NCBI RefSeq assembly: GCF_902459465.1 | Contig: NC_047075.1 | Location: 5,766,001 to 5,830,000, forward strand | DNA: 64,000 nucleotides | Reading direction: 5' to 3' | Source: Asterias rubens | Lineage: Eukaryota | Shown: positions 11,085-25,200 of the stretch, in pieces | Position numbering within the stretch: the stretch's first letter is position 1 | How the letters are laid out: each line of letters begins with the position of its first letter | The notes under the pieces: model-generated | The model's database searches: none | The model's input: only the letters and a program-made list of their open reading frames with translations | What the model was told of the DNA's origin: nothing | Translations under genes and position numbers: made by a program

Positions 11085-14000
11085 CTGCAAATACATGCAG
11101 TGTATAGCATCAAATTTAGCTCTCAAAGATTTGCAGTCATTATAAAATGTACATCAACTGGAGTACGTGTGTAAAAAAAACTATGTTTTATGGCCGTACA
11201 AAATAAGAAGGCCACCTAATCGGTAAAAAGATAGAATGTCCCCAACATTCCACTAGTACATGTATTTGAAGTGTTAGACACTTTGGGTCTCAGCTGACTT
11301 TTCACACTGTTTAAATATCAATATGACAGTGACCTACGTATAGAAGAGTACTCAGTGTGGGAACTTAACCTGCTCTGGGAGAGGTTGAATTAGTCTAAAG
11401 TGGTAATGACCTCCAACAATCATCATACGTTCCCTCTTTAATAAATGTTCTTTGACAAGGTTTTTGAAGCTAAATTGCAAGCCCTTTATCAATAGCATTG
11501 TCATGCTGCCCTCTATTCATACATGTAAGTGTTTATCAATAAGAATATTGACCAAATTCGCCTGTCGTCATCATCAGAATAATCTTGGATACATTGCACC
11601 ATACTGATGGGAAATGTAACTGTGCGTTTTTTTCAGTGAAGTGCGCACTTTACAATGTAGGTGATGTGGCTTTCACATGTAAACCTATGTGCCCACCAAC
11701 ATGGTGAGCATGGCAGTCGCCGCGCGTAACGCACGTGCAAGGGGTCAATAGACAGGCACTGGTCTTTAATACCCAATGGTTGGATCATGGCAGTCGCCGC
11801 GTGTAACGCACGTGCAAGGGATCAATAGACAGGCACTGGTCTTTAATACCCAATGGTTGGATCATGGCAGTCGCCGCGTGTAACGCACGTGCAAGGGATC
11901 AATAGACAGGCACTGGTCTTTAATACCCAATGGTTGGATCATGGCAGTCGCCGCGTGTAACGCACGTGCAAGGGATCAATAGACAGGCACTGGTCTTTAA
12001 TACCCAATGGTTGGATCATGGCAGTCGCCGCGTGTAACGCACGTGCAAGGGATCAATAGACAGGCACTGGTCTTTAATACCCAATGGTTGGATCATGGCA
12101 GTCGCCGCGTGTAACGCACGTGCAAGGGATCAATAGACAGGCACTGGTCTTTAATACCCAATGGTTGGATCATGGCAGTCGCCGCGTGTAACGCACGTGC
12201 AAGGGATCAATAGACAGGCACTGGTCTTTAATACCCAATGGTTGGATCATGGCAGTCGCCGCGTGTAACGCACGTGCAAGGGATCAATAGACAGGCACTG
12301 GTCTTTAATACCCAATGGTTGGATCATGGCAGTCGCCGCGTGTAACGCACGTGCAAGGGATCAATAGACAGGCACTGGTCTTTAATACCCAATGGTTGGA
12401 TCATGGCAGTCGCCGCGTGTAACGCACGTGCAAGGGATCAATAGACAGGCACTGGTCTTTAATACCCAATGGTTGGATCATGGCAGTCGCCGCGTGTAAC
12501 GCACGTGCAAGGGATCAATAGACAGGCACTGGTCTTTAATACCCAATGGTTGGATCATGGCAGTCGCCGCGTGTAACGCACGTGCAAGGGATCAATAGAC
12601 AGGCACTGGTCTTTAATACCCAATGGTTGGATCATGGCAGTCGCCGCGTGTAACGCACGTGCAAGGGGTCAATAGACAGGCACTGGTCTTTAATACCCAA
12701 TGGTTGGATCATGGCAGTCGCCGCGTGTAACGCACGTGCAAGGGGTCAATAGACAGGCACTGGTCTTTAATACCCAATGGTTGGATCATGGCAGTCGCCG
12801 CGCGTAACGCACGTGCAAGGGATCAATAGACAGGCACTGGTCTTTAATACCCAATGGTTGGATCATGGCAGTCGCCGCGCGTAACGCACGTGCAAGGGGT
12901 CAATAGACAGGCACTGGTCTTTAATACCCAATGGTTGGATCATGGCAGTCGCCGCGTGTAACGCACGTGCAAGGGGTCAATAGACAGGCACTGGTCTTTA
13001 ATACCCAATGGTTGGATCATGGCAGTCGCCGCGCGTAACGCACGTGCAAGGGGTCAATAGACAGGCACTGGTCTTTAATACCCAATGGTTGGATCATGGC
13101 AGTCGCCGCGCGTAACGCACGTGCAAGGGGTCAATAGACAGGCACTGGTCTTTAATACCCAATGGTTGGATCATGGCAGTCGCCGCGTGTAACGCACGTG
13201 CAAGGGGTCAATAGACAGGCACTGGTCTTTAATACCCAATGGTTGGATCATGGCAGTCGCCGCGCGTAACGCACGTGCAAGGGGTCAATAGACAGGCACT
13301 GGTCTTTAATACCCAATGGTTGGATCATGGCAGTCGCCGCGTGTAACGCACGTGCAAGGGGTCAATAGACAGGCACTGGTCTTTAATACCCAATGGTTGG
13401 ATTGGATAGACAGTACTTACAATGAGGCATGAACAACACTCAAATACCACACACATGTATGAACCCCGATACCATTTTAGTCCAGGAAGTTTGAATGTGA
13501 GTGAGACTTGCACAGTCTATTTCAATAGGCTTTTATACCATAAGAATATACTTACTCGACTCAAAGTACCTAGGAATCTCAAGTTCTGAGGAACTTTTCT
13601 GTTTACGAAGAAGCTTTTTCTTGTCAACCTAAGAGTAATACACAAAAAAACTGCATCAATTCAATTCCATTTGTNNNNNNNNNNNNNNNNNNNNNNNNNN
13701 NNNNNNNNNNNNNNNNNNNNNNNNNNNNNNNNNNNNNNNNNNNNNNNNNNNNNNNNNNNNNNNNNNNNNNNNNNNNNNNNNNNNNNNNNNNNNNNNNNNN
13801 NNNNNNNNNNNNNNNNNNNNNNNNNNNNNNNNNNNNNNNNNNNNNNNNNNNAACAGTAACAGTAACAGTAACAGTAACAGTAACAGTAACAGTAACAGTA
13901 ACAGTAACAGTAACAGTAACAGTAACAGTAACAGTAACAGTAACAGTAACAGTAACAGTAACAGTAACAGTAACAATAACAATAACAATAACAATAACAA

Positions 14001-17000
14001 TAATAATAATAATGATATGGTCATTTATATTGCGCAATGACCAATATAAATATACTCTACTGCGTATTACAAGGAATACAAAAAATGCAGAGAAAAAATT
14101 AAAAAACAAATACACCTAACAGAGCAAGAATGAATTAAATGGGTGAAGTAACAAACGGGGTTTTAACTTAGATTTAAGTTCATTAAGTGAAGAAGACTGT
14201 CTAATGCAAGGTGGGAGATTGTTCCACAGATTTGGAGCGGCGTAAACAAATGCCTGATCATCTAAAGTAGCCCTTGATTTCCTAGATGGGTGAAACAACA
14301 ATGTGTGGTCTTGTCAACTCCCTGAGGCGGTAGGTTGATTGAGACTGAGAGAGTGATTTCATGGTTAGGAGTTCTTGAATGTATGTTGGAGCTAAACCAT
14401 GAATTGCTTTCTCTCTAAACAGTACATCCATGATATTAAAGAGTAAAACAACACACGCATACAGCAAACAAAACTTATGTACCAGAGGTTTGATGTCTCG
14501 AACACTTGATTGGCGCCGAAATACTTTGTTGGATTTTTCCTGAATGATAATGAAAATTAAAATGAAAATAATATGATGAAGAGTGTCATGCTACATCAAA
14601 TGAAAATGGATTATATGATTCAATAGCAACACAGATTGATTGTACAATTAAAACAACGTAACTATGTCAAACTAAAATATGTAATGATGGTCAATTTGTT
14701 TGTTATATTATTTTTTAAATGATAGGCAGCAACAACTCCATATAATTAATTGAAACATTTTGAGCATGCTCCATACATCTGAGAGGTTTTATACTGTACA
14801 CATGCAATAATGGTTGAAATCACAGTGACAAGACAATCGGTCTGTATGGATAACAGCTAGCATATGCTGTTACTACCAGTTTCAAACATCTAATTGCATC
14901 TATCTGAATAAAATGAAGCAAATGAATCACTACTGCAGTGTGTATCAGCCATGATGAGTTATTCTTTATTCCACCGTGTTATCTTACAGCTTGCTCTATT
15001 TGTACTACATGTAGGGTCAAGCTTTTTATTGAACAGACAAAGGCACAGTTTGTAGCCTCTTACTTTGAGTCAGTAACACTCGGTCATTATGATAAGATAT
15101 GTGTGATCTAAAAAATAAAATAAAATCTCTGGGGAACACTCCACATTTAGTGCTCTGGTCTTTGTGCCAATAGCATTCCTTTAATCTTTGTCAGCTCCCT
15201 GGGAGTATACAGCTCTGGGGCGGATTGCAATAAAACAGTCTTAGTCAGCGGTCTAAGACCAGTCAGTTATAGCCGGCTATCTGCCTTAGACGGTCCGTCA
15301 GTCATTAAGCCTGTTGCAATAAGCCGGTCTTAGATAAGTCAGCGTAGAGTAATGAAATACGAACAAATGTCCCATAATACTTAGCACATCTGCAGCACTG
15401 GCGGTACGGCATTGTCCTTATTGTTTTGGTTTAAATCATCGGATATCAAATCTGTGAGTTGTATCATTTTTACTCTTGGGAACATATATTTACGATGTAA
15501 TGTATCATCATCATATATGCCTCTTATGGGTATAATCTATCTCTAAATATTTGATCTCGTCGTTGACCTCTTTGCATCAAATCAATCTTTGCAACCAGTC
15601 TATAATTAAAGACTGTCTAAGCGCGTCTCAAGTTAGCCGACTATAGTGCATAGACCAGTTTAAGACCGCTTGGTGCAATCTGCCCCTGAGCTGCCGTCGC
15701 GTTCCACTACAGCTTGTTCTATTTGTACTACATGTATACCAGGTATTGAGTGAATGGAGTCCTCATTGTTAGCTTGTTAATCCAATATGCAATCCACCTG
15801 GAGTACAAAGCTTTAACAAATGTTCAACAGTAAACTTCAATTTAAATACACATTACAGCATTGGAATTTTCTCTGGAATTTTCTTAATGCTAAATCCAGT
15901 CATGAAAGAACATAGGACGACCAAAAAGAAAACTAGAAATAACCCTCAAAAAGCAAAGGATTACAAAATGCTTGTCTGTCTTCTATGCTTTGTAACCCAA
16001 AAACTTAAAGGAACACGTTGCCTTGGGTCGGTCAAGTTGGTCTTTTAAAAGCGTTTGTAACCGTTTGTAATGAAATGCATATGGTTAGAAAGAACAATCA
16101 GTACACACTCTTTTTCTAGTGTGCACCAGTATTTGTTGGGCTGTCCTAACACCAATTATTCAGATATGAAAACAGCTTTTGTAAGTTAAGTACATGTACA
16201 TGTATGTAACATACCTGTCCTTTACATTCTGGAAAACCCTCCTGGCATTTGTGATGTACATTGCATTTACACAGTTTGCAACGCAAGCCTTGCTTCAGTA
16301 TGCCTAAAAACCATTAGTCAATATCGGGAAAAATCATTAGCAGCATCACTTGTCAACAGAGAGAGTAAATTGCCTCGAAAGCCCTGATAACATTTTCAAT
16401 AACAATCTACATGTGTGTAACCTCAGGGAACCACCTGGGCCCAAGCAAAGAGTTGGCGCTTACAGGAGCAGGGATTTATGTGCTTACTGTACGTCAAGCA
16501 GGTTTTACGCAGTAGTGTGGAATATCGGCCTGTGTACGTGCATACTCTATGTTATTAGGCATTTTACGCTTGCAAATCAAGCGCAGAAATTCCGTGACTT
16601 GAAAGTTCCCATTCCAACAAGCACATTGTGTATTATACAATTGTTGCACGCTGTGACAGGGTCCATGGCGTTTTGTACACTCGAGGGGGAAAATGGAACC
16701 CGAGGGTGTACAAAACCCAAGAACCCCAGGCACAGCGTGCAACACTTGTTTTGTTATACCTTTGTATAATTGTTATTCCTCTTCTTGAAGTTCTGTTGTC
16801 ATCTTCAAACATTATTACGACAGGCTATTCATTGTTTAATAAGCAGACGAACAAGAAACAATTCCCTCGAACCCGCGGTTGTTTCGTACACAGCGCTGGA
16901 TATCGACCAACGCCAGGAACAATCAAGGTGATGTACACCGGTGTACATCACTTTTCATGTTACCCGGCCCGTCGAGCCATGTAACAGGCGTTTTTATTGC

Positions 17001-20000
17001 GCGTCACATGGTTGGTTCTCGTCCAATCAAACTTCACAGTTTGTAATCGGAGGTATAACAAAACCATTTGCATGTTTATGGGCAGTTTATTCACTAGTTC
17101 GCTAGTTCACAGAGCCGGTTTTTATCCATGTAACCTGTTAAACCGTGCATAAACTCTCTGAGGTGTTAATAAATGCACTTAAATGCACTTAAATGCACTT
17201 AATAAATGTGGTTATTACGGCACAGAGAGGGATTCTCAGGAATAATAAGATTGGAATGTCAAGCACCAATAAGATTCAGCCTCAATATTCAACAACTTCC
17301 AAACTTCCAAACTTCTTCTGATTAAATGCAGCTGCAGTATGGGTAATGGTATGGTGGGCTTCCCAAGAGACTGTGCTCAGAAGAACTTAACAATTTATCC
17401 TACTTACAAAGGGTATGAATGTCACAGATAAACATTGTCAAAGAAAAACTATCCAATAGGAATGGTTCCTGATTGTATGTATTGACCTTACTCTGAATAC
17501 AAACATAGCTTTGGTACATTGATAGTTCTTACCTTTTAATAGTCCCCTACAGTGATCACAAAAGGTTGGTTTTTTGAAGTTGTAATCTTGAAAACAGTGT
17601 GATCTTTTGCCACTTTCCAGCATATCTGACAAGCAATCCTTAGCTTCAGAAGATAAAGAACATTGTTCAGACTTGGCAGTCATACGGTCACCCGTTGGCA
17701 ACACATGTCCATTACTAACTCTCCATCCTAGAATCTCTGGGGTAAACAACTTCAGCTAAGAAAAACAAAACCAGATTCAATTTCACTCTTAGCATATTTG
17801 GAATAATTATATTGTTTCTATTGTTGTAACATTTTCACTGTTCTTGGTGGAGGAGCATCTCTTACAACACATCACAACATTTTGAACAGACAAGCTATAT
17901 ATACCACGTGATGTAACGCCGGTTCAGACAGGTGCTCCAGAGTCACCCCAAACCATATTAGGAGCGACTCTGGATCGACCCAGTTAAATTTTGGTTTTAT
18001 ACAGGCGAACTTTACATAACATTTTTATTTGGTTCGGCTCATGACAAGATCAATGTCTGAAACCAAGGTGCTCCAGAGGCGTTCTGAAAGACTGATAACA
18101 GTTGATCTTTCCACTTCTAGTGCATCCAGTTCCTCCATGTTTCAGACGCCCAACTTTTCAAGTACTCCATTTTAAATTTGGTTCGTCACAACTCTTGGGC
18201 GCCTGTCTGAAACTGGTGTTACTTAAATTAAAACTAGAATGAAAGCTTTGGGGTTTCCTTCAAAAGTTTCAGGATGTAATATTTGGTTAAATTGAGCTTC
18301 TCCTGAGGGAAAAGGAAAAAACTCTGAAATCAAATAAAATGACAAACCTGGGCCTGTCTGCTCTCAAGGGCTACTTCAGTCTTTTGCATCTCACTTTTGT
18401 TGATATAGATTTGAGTCAAAATCTCTGTAGCTTTACTATGTTGTTGACTCATTTTTACACTGTCAAAAAATAAATAAAGATACATCTGACTATCGTTAGC
18501 TCAATGCTGAAGTCAAGTCCATTGACCAAGGATATAAACATTCCGAGACCTAAACCCATCAATGGTATGACAACTAATAAGGGAAGGTGAAGGTAAACGT
18601 TTGGTAATCACTCTTATAATTAACAGCACTAAAAGTCAACAGCTACTTTTGATAGTAAAAGTGTTTTGAGAAACATTTCACTTTGAAGTACCGTAACTTT
18701 CGAATTATTAACCACGGTTTATACGTTGATTTTGACATTTTTTTATTCTCCGGGCGACTTGTAGGCCGACGCAAAATAATTAAGAGAAAAAAACGGCATT
18801 TTTTAAAAGAAAGATCGTTTGTAAAATATTCTAAATAATGTTTTTTTTTTCTTAAACGAGAACAAAAACCTGCCTGTGTGATGACAAAATCCTGTTGAAA
18901 ATCCCACCTCAATTGTATTCCGTGTTTCCTTTGTAAAACATTTTATCAACCCCCCTCAGCTCCCCCTCTCAGCGCAACTCGGGTTAGACTAGACTGGTCC
19001 CCTGTCTATTTATCCCACGATCTTTATATACTGACGTCAGACATCCAGGCTACACTCGTGCCAGCCAGCGGTTTCTTCAGATCAACCACGCAAACCGCAA
19101 CAGCAGAATGGTGAATTGACATACACAAAGAACTATGCCGCGCCTGGGGGATCAAACAAAACGTTTTCAAACCGCCCTGATTGTTGAGTCAAGTAACATT
19201 TAACACTTAAGAATTTTAGCGCATTTCCAGGCGGCGTAAATGTCGAGGGTGAAGCGCAACCCGTCAGCGAACATCGCTCAATACGGTGCCCCCAACATCT
19301 GTTGTGCAATCTCGAGATTGAGCAGCGCAATTAACAGATTGCTAGCTTTACGAACTCGCATGTGTACATGTGAATAATGTGCACGATGTAGGATACATTA
19401 CTACACACACGCTACTCGTTGCAATATCTGTTGTAGATCCTCGTTGTGGGTGGGCCTACAAAAAAGTGAGGGATCAACACCGACCAACCACTTTTCTTTA
19501 ATTCCCTTATTTCCCGTCTACTCCGATGTTTAATAAAAGTGAATCCCCTGTCCTTGTGATTACGCAAACAATAAGGTAGCGCATTTAGTTTCATACTTTT
19601 TGCCGTCCCCATTATTATTATTTTTTTTACATTTTGTAAAGGAATTTCGTTAGGAACTGTGTACATGTTTAAAAAATGTTACTATATACATTGTAAAAAG
19701 AAACAACAGTCATATGCAATACTCTCTTTTGTGGTAGCACTGAAAAGGACTGTTTGGTTTTTGGTTTTTGTCTATTTTCTATTTAAACAAAACCGACTCG
19801 GAAGGCAAAGGATTCCTTGGATATAAATCTCCGCACTGTTCTTTATCACTACTTCTGAAGACTAATTCTATGTTGAAATGTTGGTCAAAGCACTGTCTGA
19901 AGTTAATTTTCATTGCAACACGAACTCACTTACCTACAAATAAAGTGGGATTTAACTTTGTCAATTTTTAAAATTTTTATTGGATTTTTTCAGTATCACA

Positions 20001-22227
20001 ATAATAAACAAATTTTCAGTTCTAGCTTACATCAATAATTATCCAACACAAACAATAATGTGGTCCCGCAAAGGGGGTGCTGCCAGCTTACAAAAAGGAA
20101 TGCTATCCTATAATAGATCATTTCAATTACGATCAATAGTATAAACTTCAATACATTTCCACTTTAATTACGACGCAACTCCCACATTGTGGCAACTAGA
20201 CAAGACTGACTGATGTGCCGCCCGCCTGTCACGGCACATCGCCACAAAGAGGACCGCAAACAAGCACGGCCCCTTTGTGTGTACGCATGTTGTGATTGGC
20301 CGTTTGATGATTGGCCGGTGATAGTTCCATTCATAAAATCTTGGCTAGACTTCGGACGGATCGAGTAGAGTGGCTGCCTATTGTACAACAAATAGTTTGA
20401 ACGTCTGACAGCTGACCCACACTTCGAGGCTCGGGGTCCAGTCAAATCAAACGTGAACAACTTTTGTCAACAGAGGGCAATGCGATGCAGGGTAAAGTTC
20501 AACTATTTCTCAGTGTGCATTGTTGACCGATCTTTGATTCACAGAGATTTTGTTGTCAAAGAAGTTCAGAAATGGTCAACACAACCGATCATCAAATCGC
20601 AAATTCTTGAAAAGGGTTGTTGATGGCCAAAAAAATAACTTAGGACTGATAGTGTGAGATAAAAAATCATCCGTAACGCGGCAGGTTTGCGTTCTTCACT
20701 TCCGTGTTTTGAGGTTAGTTTGCTCATGTTTTGTTTTTGTTTTGGTCGCGGTTTCTACGCCGCGCGGCATATATGACGACACCTTAATATTTGTTTGTAT
20801 ATTTTGGGGAAGTGCAGTTTATACGTCGCGCGGTTTATAATCCGAAAATTACGGTAATGTGGTTATGTAAAAAGATACCAGTTTTTATCCCCTACAATAT
20901 GCATCTGAGAAGCATTTCAATCAGTAATGTTTTTCAGATTGTATGTGATTAAGTTACTTGTGAAATCTTGATTTAAACTGTCAAATAACACCTTTATTTC
21001 GTCCAGAGTATTTTTCCTCATTTCTTTGTCTTTTCTTTACTTATTTTGCAGAAATAAAAGATCGGCGTGATCAATGAAATATGAACTATGAATATCCACT
21101 TCAAAGCGGAGATTCCACAGACCTTATTATAATTTAAACCTGTTGGCTTTGTATGTAATAAAGTTCACACAGTATTTTATATTTATTTTACCATCTCACA
21201 AAACACAACTATCATACAGTACTTACATATCATATTGCCTTTTGAGTTTACTCTGAGTCTCCTTTCTTGTTGCCAATTGCTTTTCCATTTCATTCACCTG
21301 AAATTACATGTACACATTTACATTAAAACAGATGCTAAATCATAGTGTGACAATGTAACAACTTTTTGAAATAATACTAGCAGTAACAGAGCCATTTTAA
21401 TAAGCAAAAGAATTAACAAATAATGTACATTGAATGCAGTTATATTGTTACCTCTTTAACCAGCATGTCATATTTGCCTTGAAGCACCTTCTCTGTTGCC
21501 AGATTCACCACCAGCTTCTTTTCCACAAAGTCCTTCAGGAGAAACAAACAAACAAACTCTTTTTAAAAGCAAATAGTATGTAAATACATACGCCCAGGAC
21601 CTAGAGTGCTTGAGTGGTGTACCTGCACAGCAACTTTGGTATACATACAGTCTCTGTGGTCTCTAGTGCCGAAGCACTGAGTAAAAATGTTCTTGCCGCT
21701 TACCGAGTTAGTGAAACTCTCTCGATCGGTGTATAACATGTCAAACAAGTCAACAATGTGTATGTGTTCGGTACATTGGATAGTTTTCTAAAGACTTTTC
21801 CAGTAAAATAAACAGTTGCCCCTTCAAAATGTCTTGCTTAACCCTAACCCCCTGACTGTTTTTGCTAAAAAACATACCTAATCCGCCAAAATCAATCAAA
21901 TGAGAGACAGTAAATATGCAACTGTACTGAATCCACCATAATCAACCAAAGCATTGTTTACATAAGTACTGAATCCATCAGAACCAATCACTAACATCTT
22001 GGAGTATTTTGATGGACTTGGTCTATTTAGGTATCCAACTCTAGTGTCACTACTGGTTGTTACATAGCTGAATCCATCACAATCATGACAATCAACCAAC
22101 TGAACGAATTGTGATTGAACAAACTTAGATAAGTCTATGTACATTTACTTTGGTTTTTTTGGTGGCTCAGTCTCAATGAAATTATTCTGTTCGCACAGCC
22201 GTTACAGGAATATCATTGTTGCATCAC

Positions 22228-22266
<39 letters not shown>

Positions 22267-25200
22267 GATTTTCTGGGGGTTTATTTGTTGGTTTTTTTCC
22301 CGAAATGCACTGCCATTGCATGAATATCCACTGATATTTTTTGGTTTTGTTCTTTTGACACAAAATGAGGGGGACAAAATGAGTACCAAAAAAATCTTGC
22401 TGTGTGGGGAGTCCTAAGATGTCTACTCTCGTCTACTTGGTGGTACTGGTGGTGTGCCCTGCCTCTTCGCTGCTTTCAAGAGAGTGGTACTTGATGAAAC
22501 ACTGTCCAGCACACAGGTAGACTCCACACGCTTGACAGCCTCGTCTTGTTGTCTTTGTTCTTCCGGACTTTGTTACTCCGTTGTGCAGTCTGCACCACCG
22601 ACACCAACGTGCGTAGCGACCTGGCATCCTAGTAGATGTGTGCCCAAGGGCGTTCTTTGCTTTCACCCTCTTGGATCCATAAAACTGCACCTCAGCTCTG
22701 CCTTGGGCATACCCATCGATGAGCTGTGTTGCGACATCCATGATGAATTTGGAGTGGGTGGGGGCACTTTCATCTTCGTCGGAGCTTTCGGGACTGTTGG
22801 TTGCTACGGTGCTGTGGTGTTTCCGGTAGCATATCCACGCGTTCACTCGAGCTATGTCGACAAGGAAGGAGAGGATTTTTCGCCACCACAGCTGGAACTT
22901 CCTCGAGCAGGAATAGTATGATCGGAGCTGATCCCCACGATCAACCCCTCCCATGTAGCGTGTGTAGTCGATTGCCTGTGGAGGTGCAGAGATGGTCTTT
23001 TTCTCGAGGCGTCCAGTGCCATCATCGGCAATCTTTCGCTGTACGGAGTGCTCCTGAGGGTCTCTCCACCCTTGATGTGCTGAAGATAGAAGCAGCATCA
23101 CTCTGCTGTCCTTCCAAGCAGCAACAGTCAGTTGACCGTTCTGCCGTGTGGAGAAAGAGCCCCGAGGGTTGCTGCTCATCCTCTTCACCCTCTCGCTGTT
23201 AAAGTCCTTAGGCAGGCCTCTGCTGTGGCCTTTGATGGCCCCGGTCAGGTACATCTTTTGGCTCAGAAGGTGTCGCGCCAAGGGGATCGATGTGTATAGC
23301 TTGTCGGTGTACAGGTGGTGGTATGCGTTGAGATGGAATTGTGCAGTGTCCATTGTGATGTCCAACATCTTCGCAGGCTTCTGACCGTGAGGGTGGACGA
23401 TGAAGTTTAGGATGAACCCTGTAGCTGATTCGGCGATGGCGTTAACTTTGAAGCCGGCACGAATTGGCTTCAGGGGCATAAAAAACTTGCGAACGCTAGC
23501 CTTGAATCCCTCGTACCGGATCATCGCCTTGTCTATGGTCAGCTCCCGATCCGGCACATACTTCCTCAGGCACTGTTTGCGGACCTTGTCCCATACCGGC
23601 TGCACATGGAACAAGGGGTGCTTGAGCTTGGCGTTGTATCGGTGAGCCTTGTCTTGGATGAGGGAGGGGTGCTTGCTGGCATCGTTACACACAAGAAACT
23701 AGCTGATGGAGTCAAAACGGTTGCGGGTCATTGTGGACGAGATGAGGGAGTTACGATAACCGGATGTGTTGACCAGTATTTTTTGTAATTGGCCACCTTG
23801 ACCAGACCCATCACCAGGTGTATGCCGAACCAGGCTCTTATCTCTGCGAGTGACGTTAGCCGACTTGTTTCTCCGCAAGTTTTACATTGGTCCACATTGG
23901 ACGATGGTGAGAAGGAGACTGATGGGAAAGAACTTGAGGAAGTACTTCAAAGCCGAAGAGCGTCGGTTGAATGAAGGTCCCAGTGTACCCTTCGGCTTGA
24001 AGCTTCTAACTCTGATGTTGTGTAGAGTTCTCGTCCATCCTTCACTGTCCGGGGTGAAGTCAGGCTGGTAGCATGATAGAGGGTCGGGTCGTTGTCCGAG
24101 TCCACCTCTGTTGTCTTCTTGCGTTTTACCTTCCTTCTAGGGGGGGCTTTTCTAGCCTGCATGGGTGGCTCAGGCACATCACTGATGGAAGATGGCTCAT
24201 CTACATTATCATCGTCACACCCGGAAGAAGACATCGCCGCAGCTTCGTCCAAAAATTCTTCCTCATTCTCTGTGTCGGTCATAGCAAGCGCCCTGTAATG
24301 CTTACCCATCCTGACCCCTGCATCAGTCGCACTTCTGCGGATGGTCTGCCGTAAATTTCTCTGCTCCTCAAGTCTCCTTTTCTTTTGTAAGCCCAAACTT
24401 TGCTGCAGAGGACGTTTTTTCCCATGGCCCTGTGAGCTAGGATCAACTCCCCTACTCCCTTTCGCACTACTGCTCTTCTTCTTGTCTTTCTTCTTCGCTT
24501 TTCGGCAGCCTTCTTCTTCCTCTCCTCTCTCACGATCTCTAGCAGCTCTCTTCCCCATTGCAGCTTCTTGGAACACTAAGCTCTCTTCACAAGTCAAACT
24601 CTCCTGTAGCATTCTTGTCTCTCTTGAAGTCATGATGACACAAGCAAGCACATTGAAGTGTGGTGGGTTTGCATTTTCACCCTTATTTATAGCTGGGCAT
24701 GTTGAAATTTCTACAGAAATATTACCATGACACTTACCTATTGTAAAAAAACTACTCAGTCATGTTTCTTCAATAAAAAAAGTTATGTATTACAGCATGA
24801 CATTTATGAATATTGATTTATGAAGTTTTGTTATACCACCTGTAAATATGAATGGAACTGGCGACCCTTGAACATTCTTGGGTCACCAGTCCCATTCATA
24901 TTCATGAGGTGGTATAGACAAACTAAATAAACAATAGAACACAATGCAAGTGTATGTACATGCAGTACCCAGGTCATTGTATTCAGCTAATATGCATTGT
25001 TTATTTACAGACCCCTAATGTCAGGAATGTGTGTACTGTAGTAGGAGTACAACTATATCAAAATCAACCAGTGCACAGTGGTTTAAGACCCAGACATCAG
25101 GTCCGATTTTTTTTTCTGAGATAACTACATATCTTTGGTGACTTGAACAAGAAGAACTAATTTGTTGAAGAATTTTTATTTTTTTGAAATTTATGACCCT

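Noticed and set aside
11709-13402. CRISPR-like array
   Set aside because: Units are contiguous and near-identical with no unique spacers; eukaryotic context; no cas genes.
13624-14115. ORFs of poly-L / poly-VT with X runs
   Set aside because: Artefacts of a microsatellite and an N gap.
21837-21852. TTAACCCTAACCCC as a telomeric seed or piggyBac TIR
   Set aside because: Only about two repeat units, and no matching inverted end was found.
21896-22144. 82-aa ORF with repeated DGFS/GGFS
   Set aside because: Reflects a non-coding CTGAATCCA repeat motif; no splice or domain support.
22454-24730. Several plus-strand ORFs
   Set aside because: Antisense shadows of the GC-rich piggyBac transposase.
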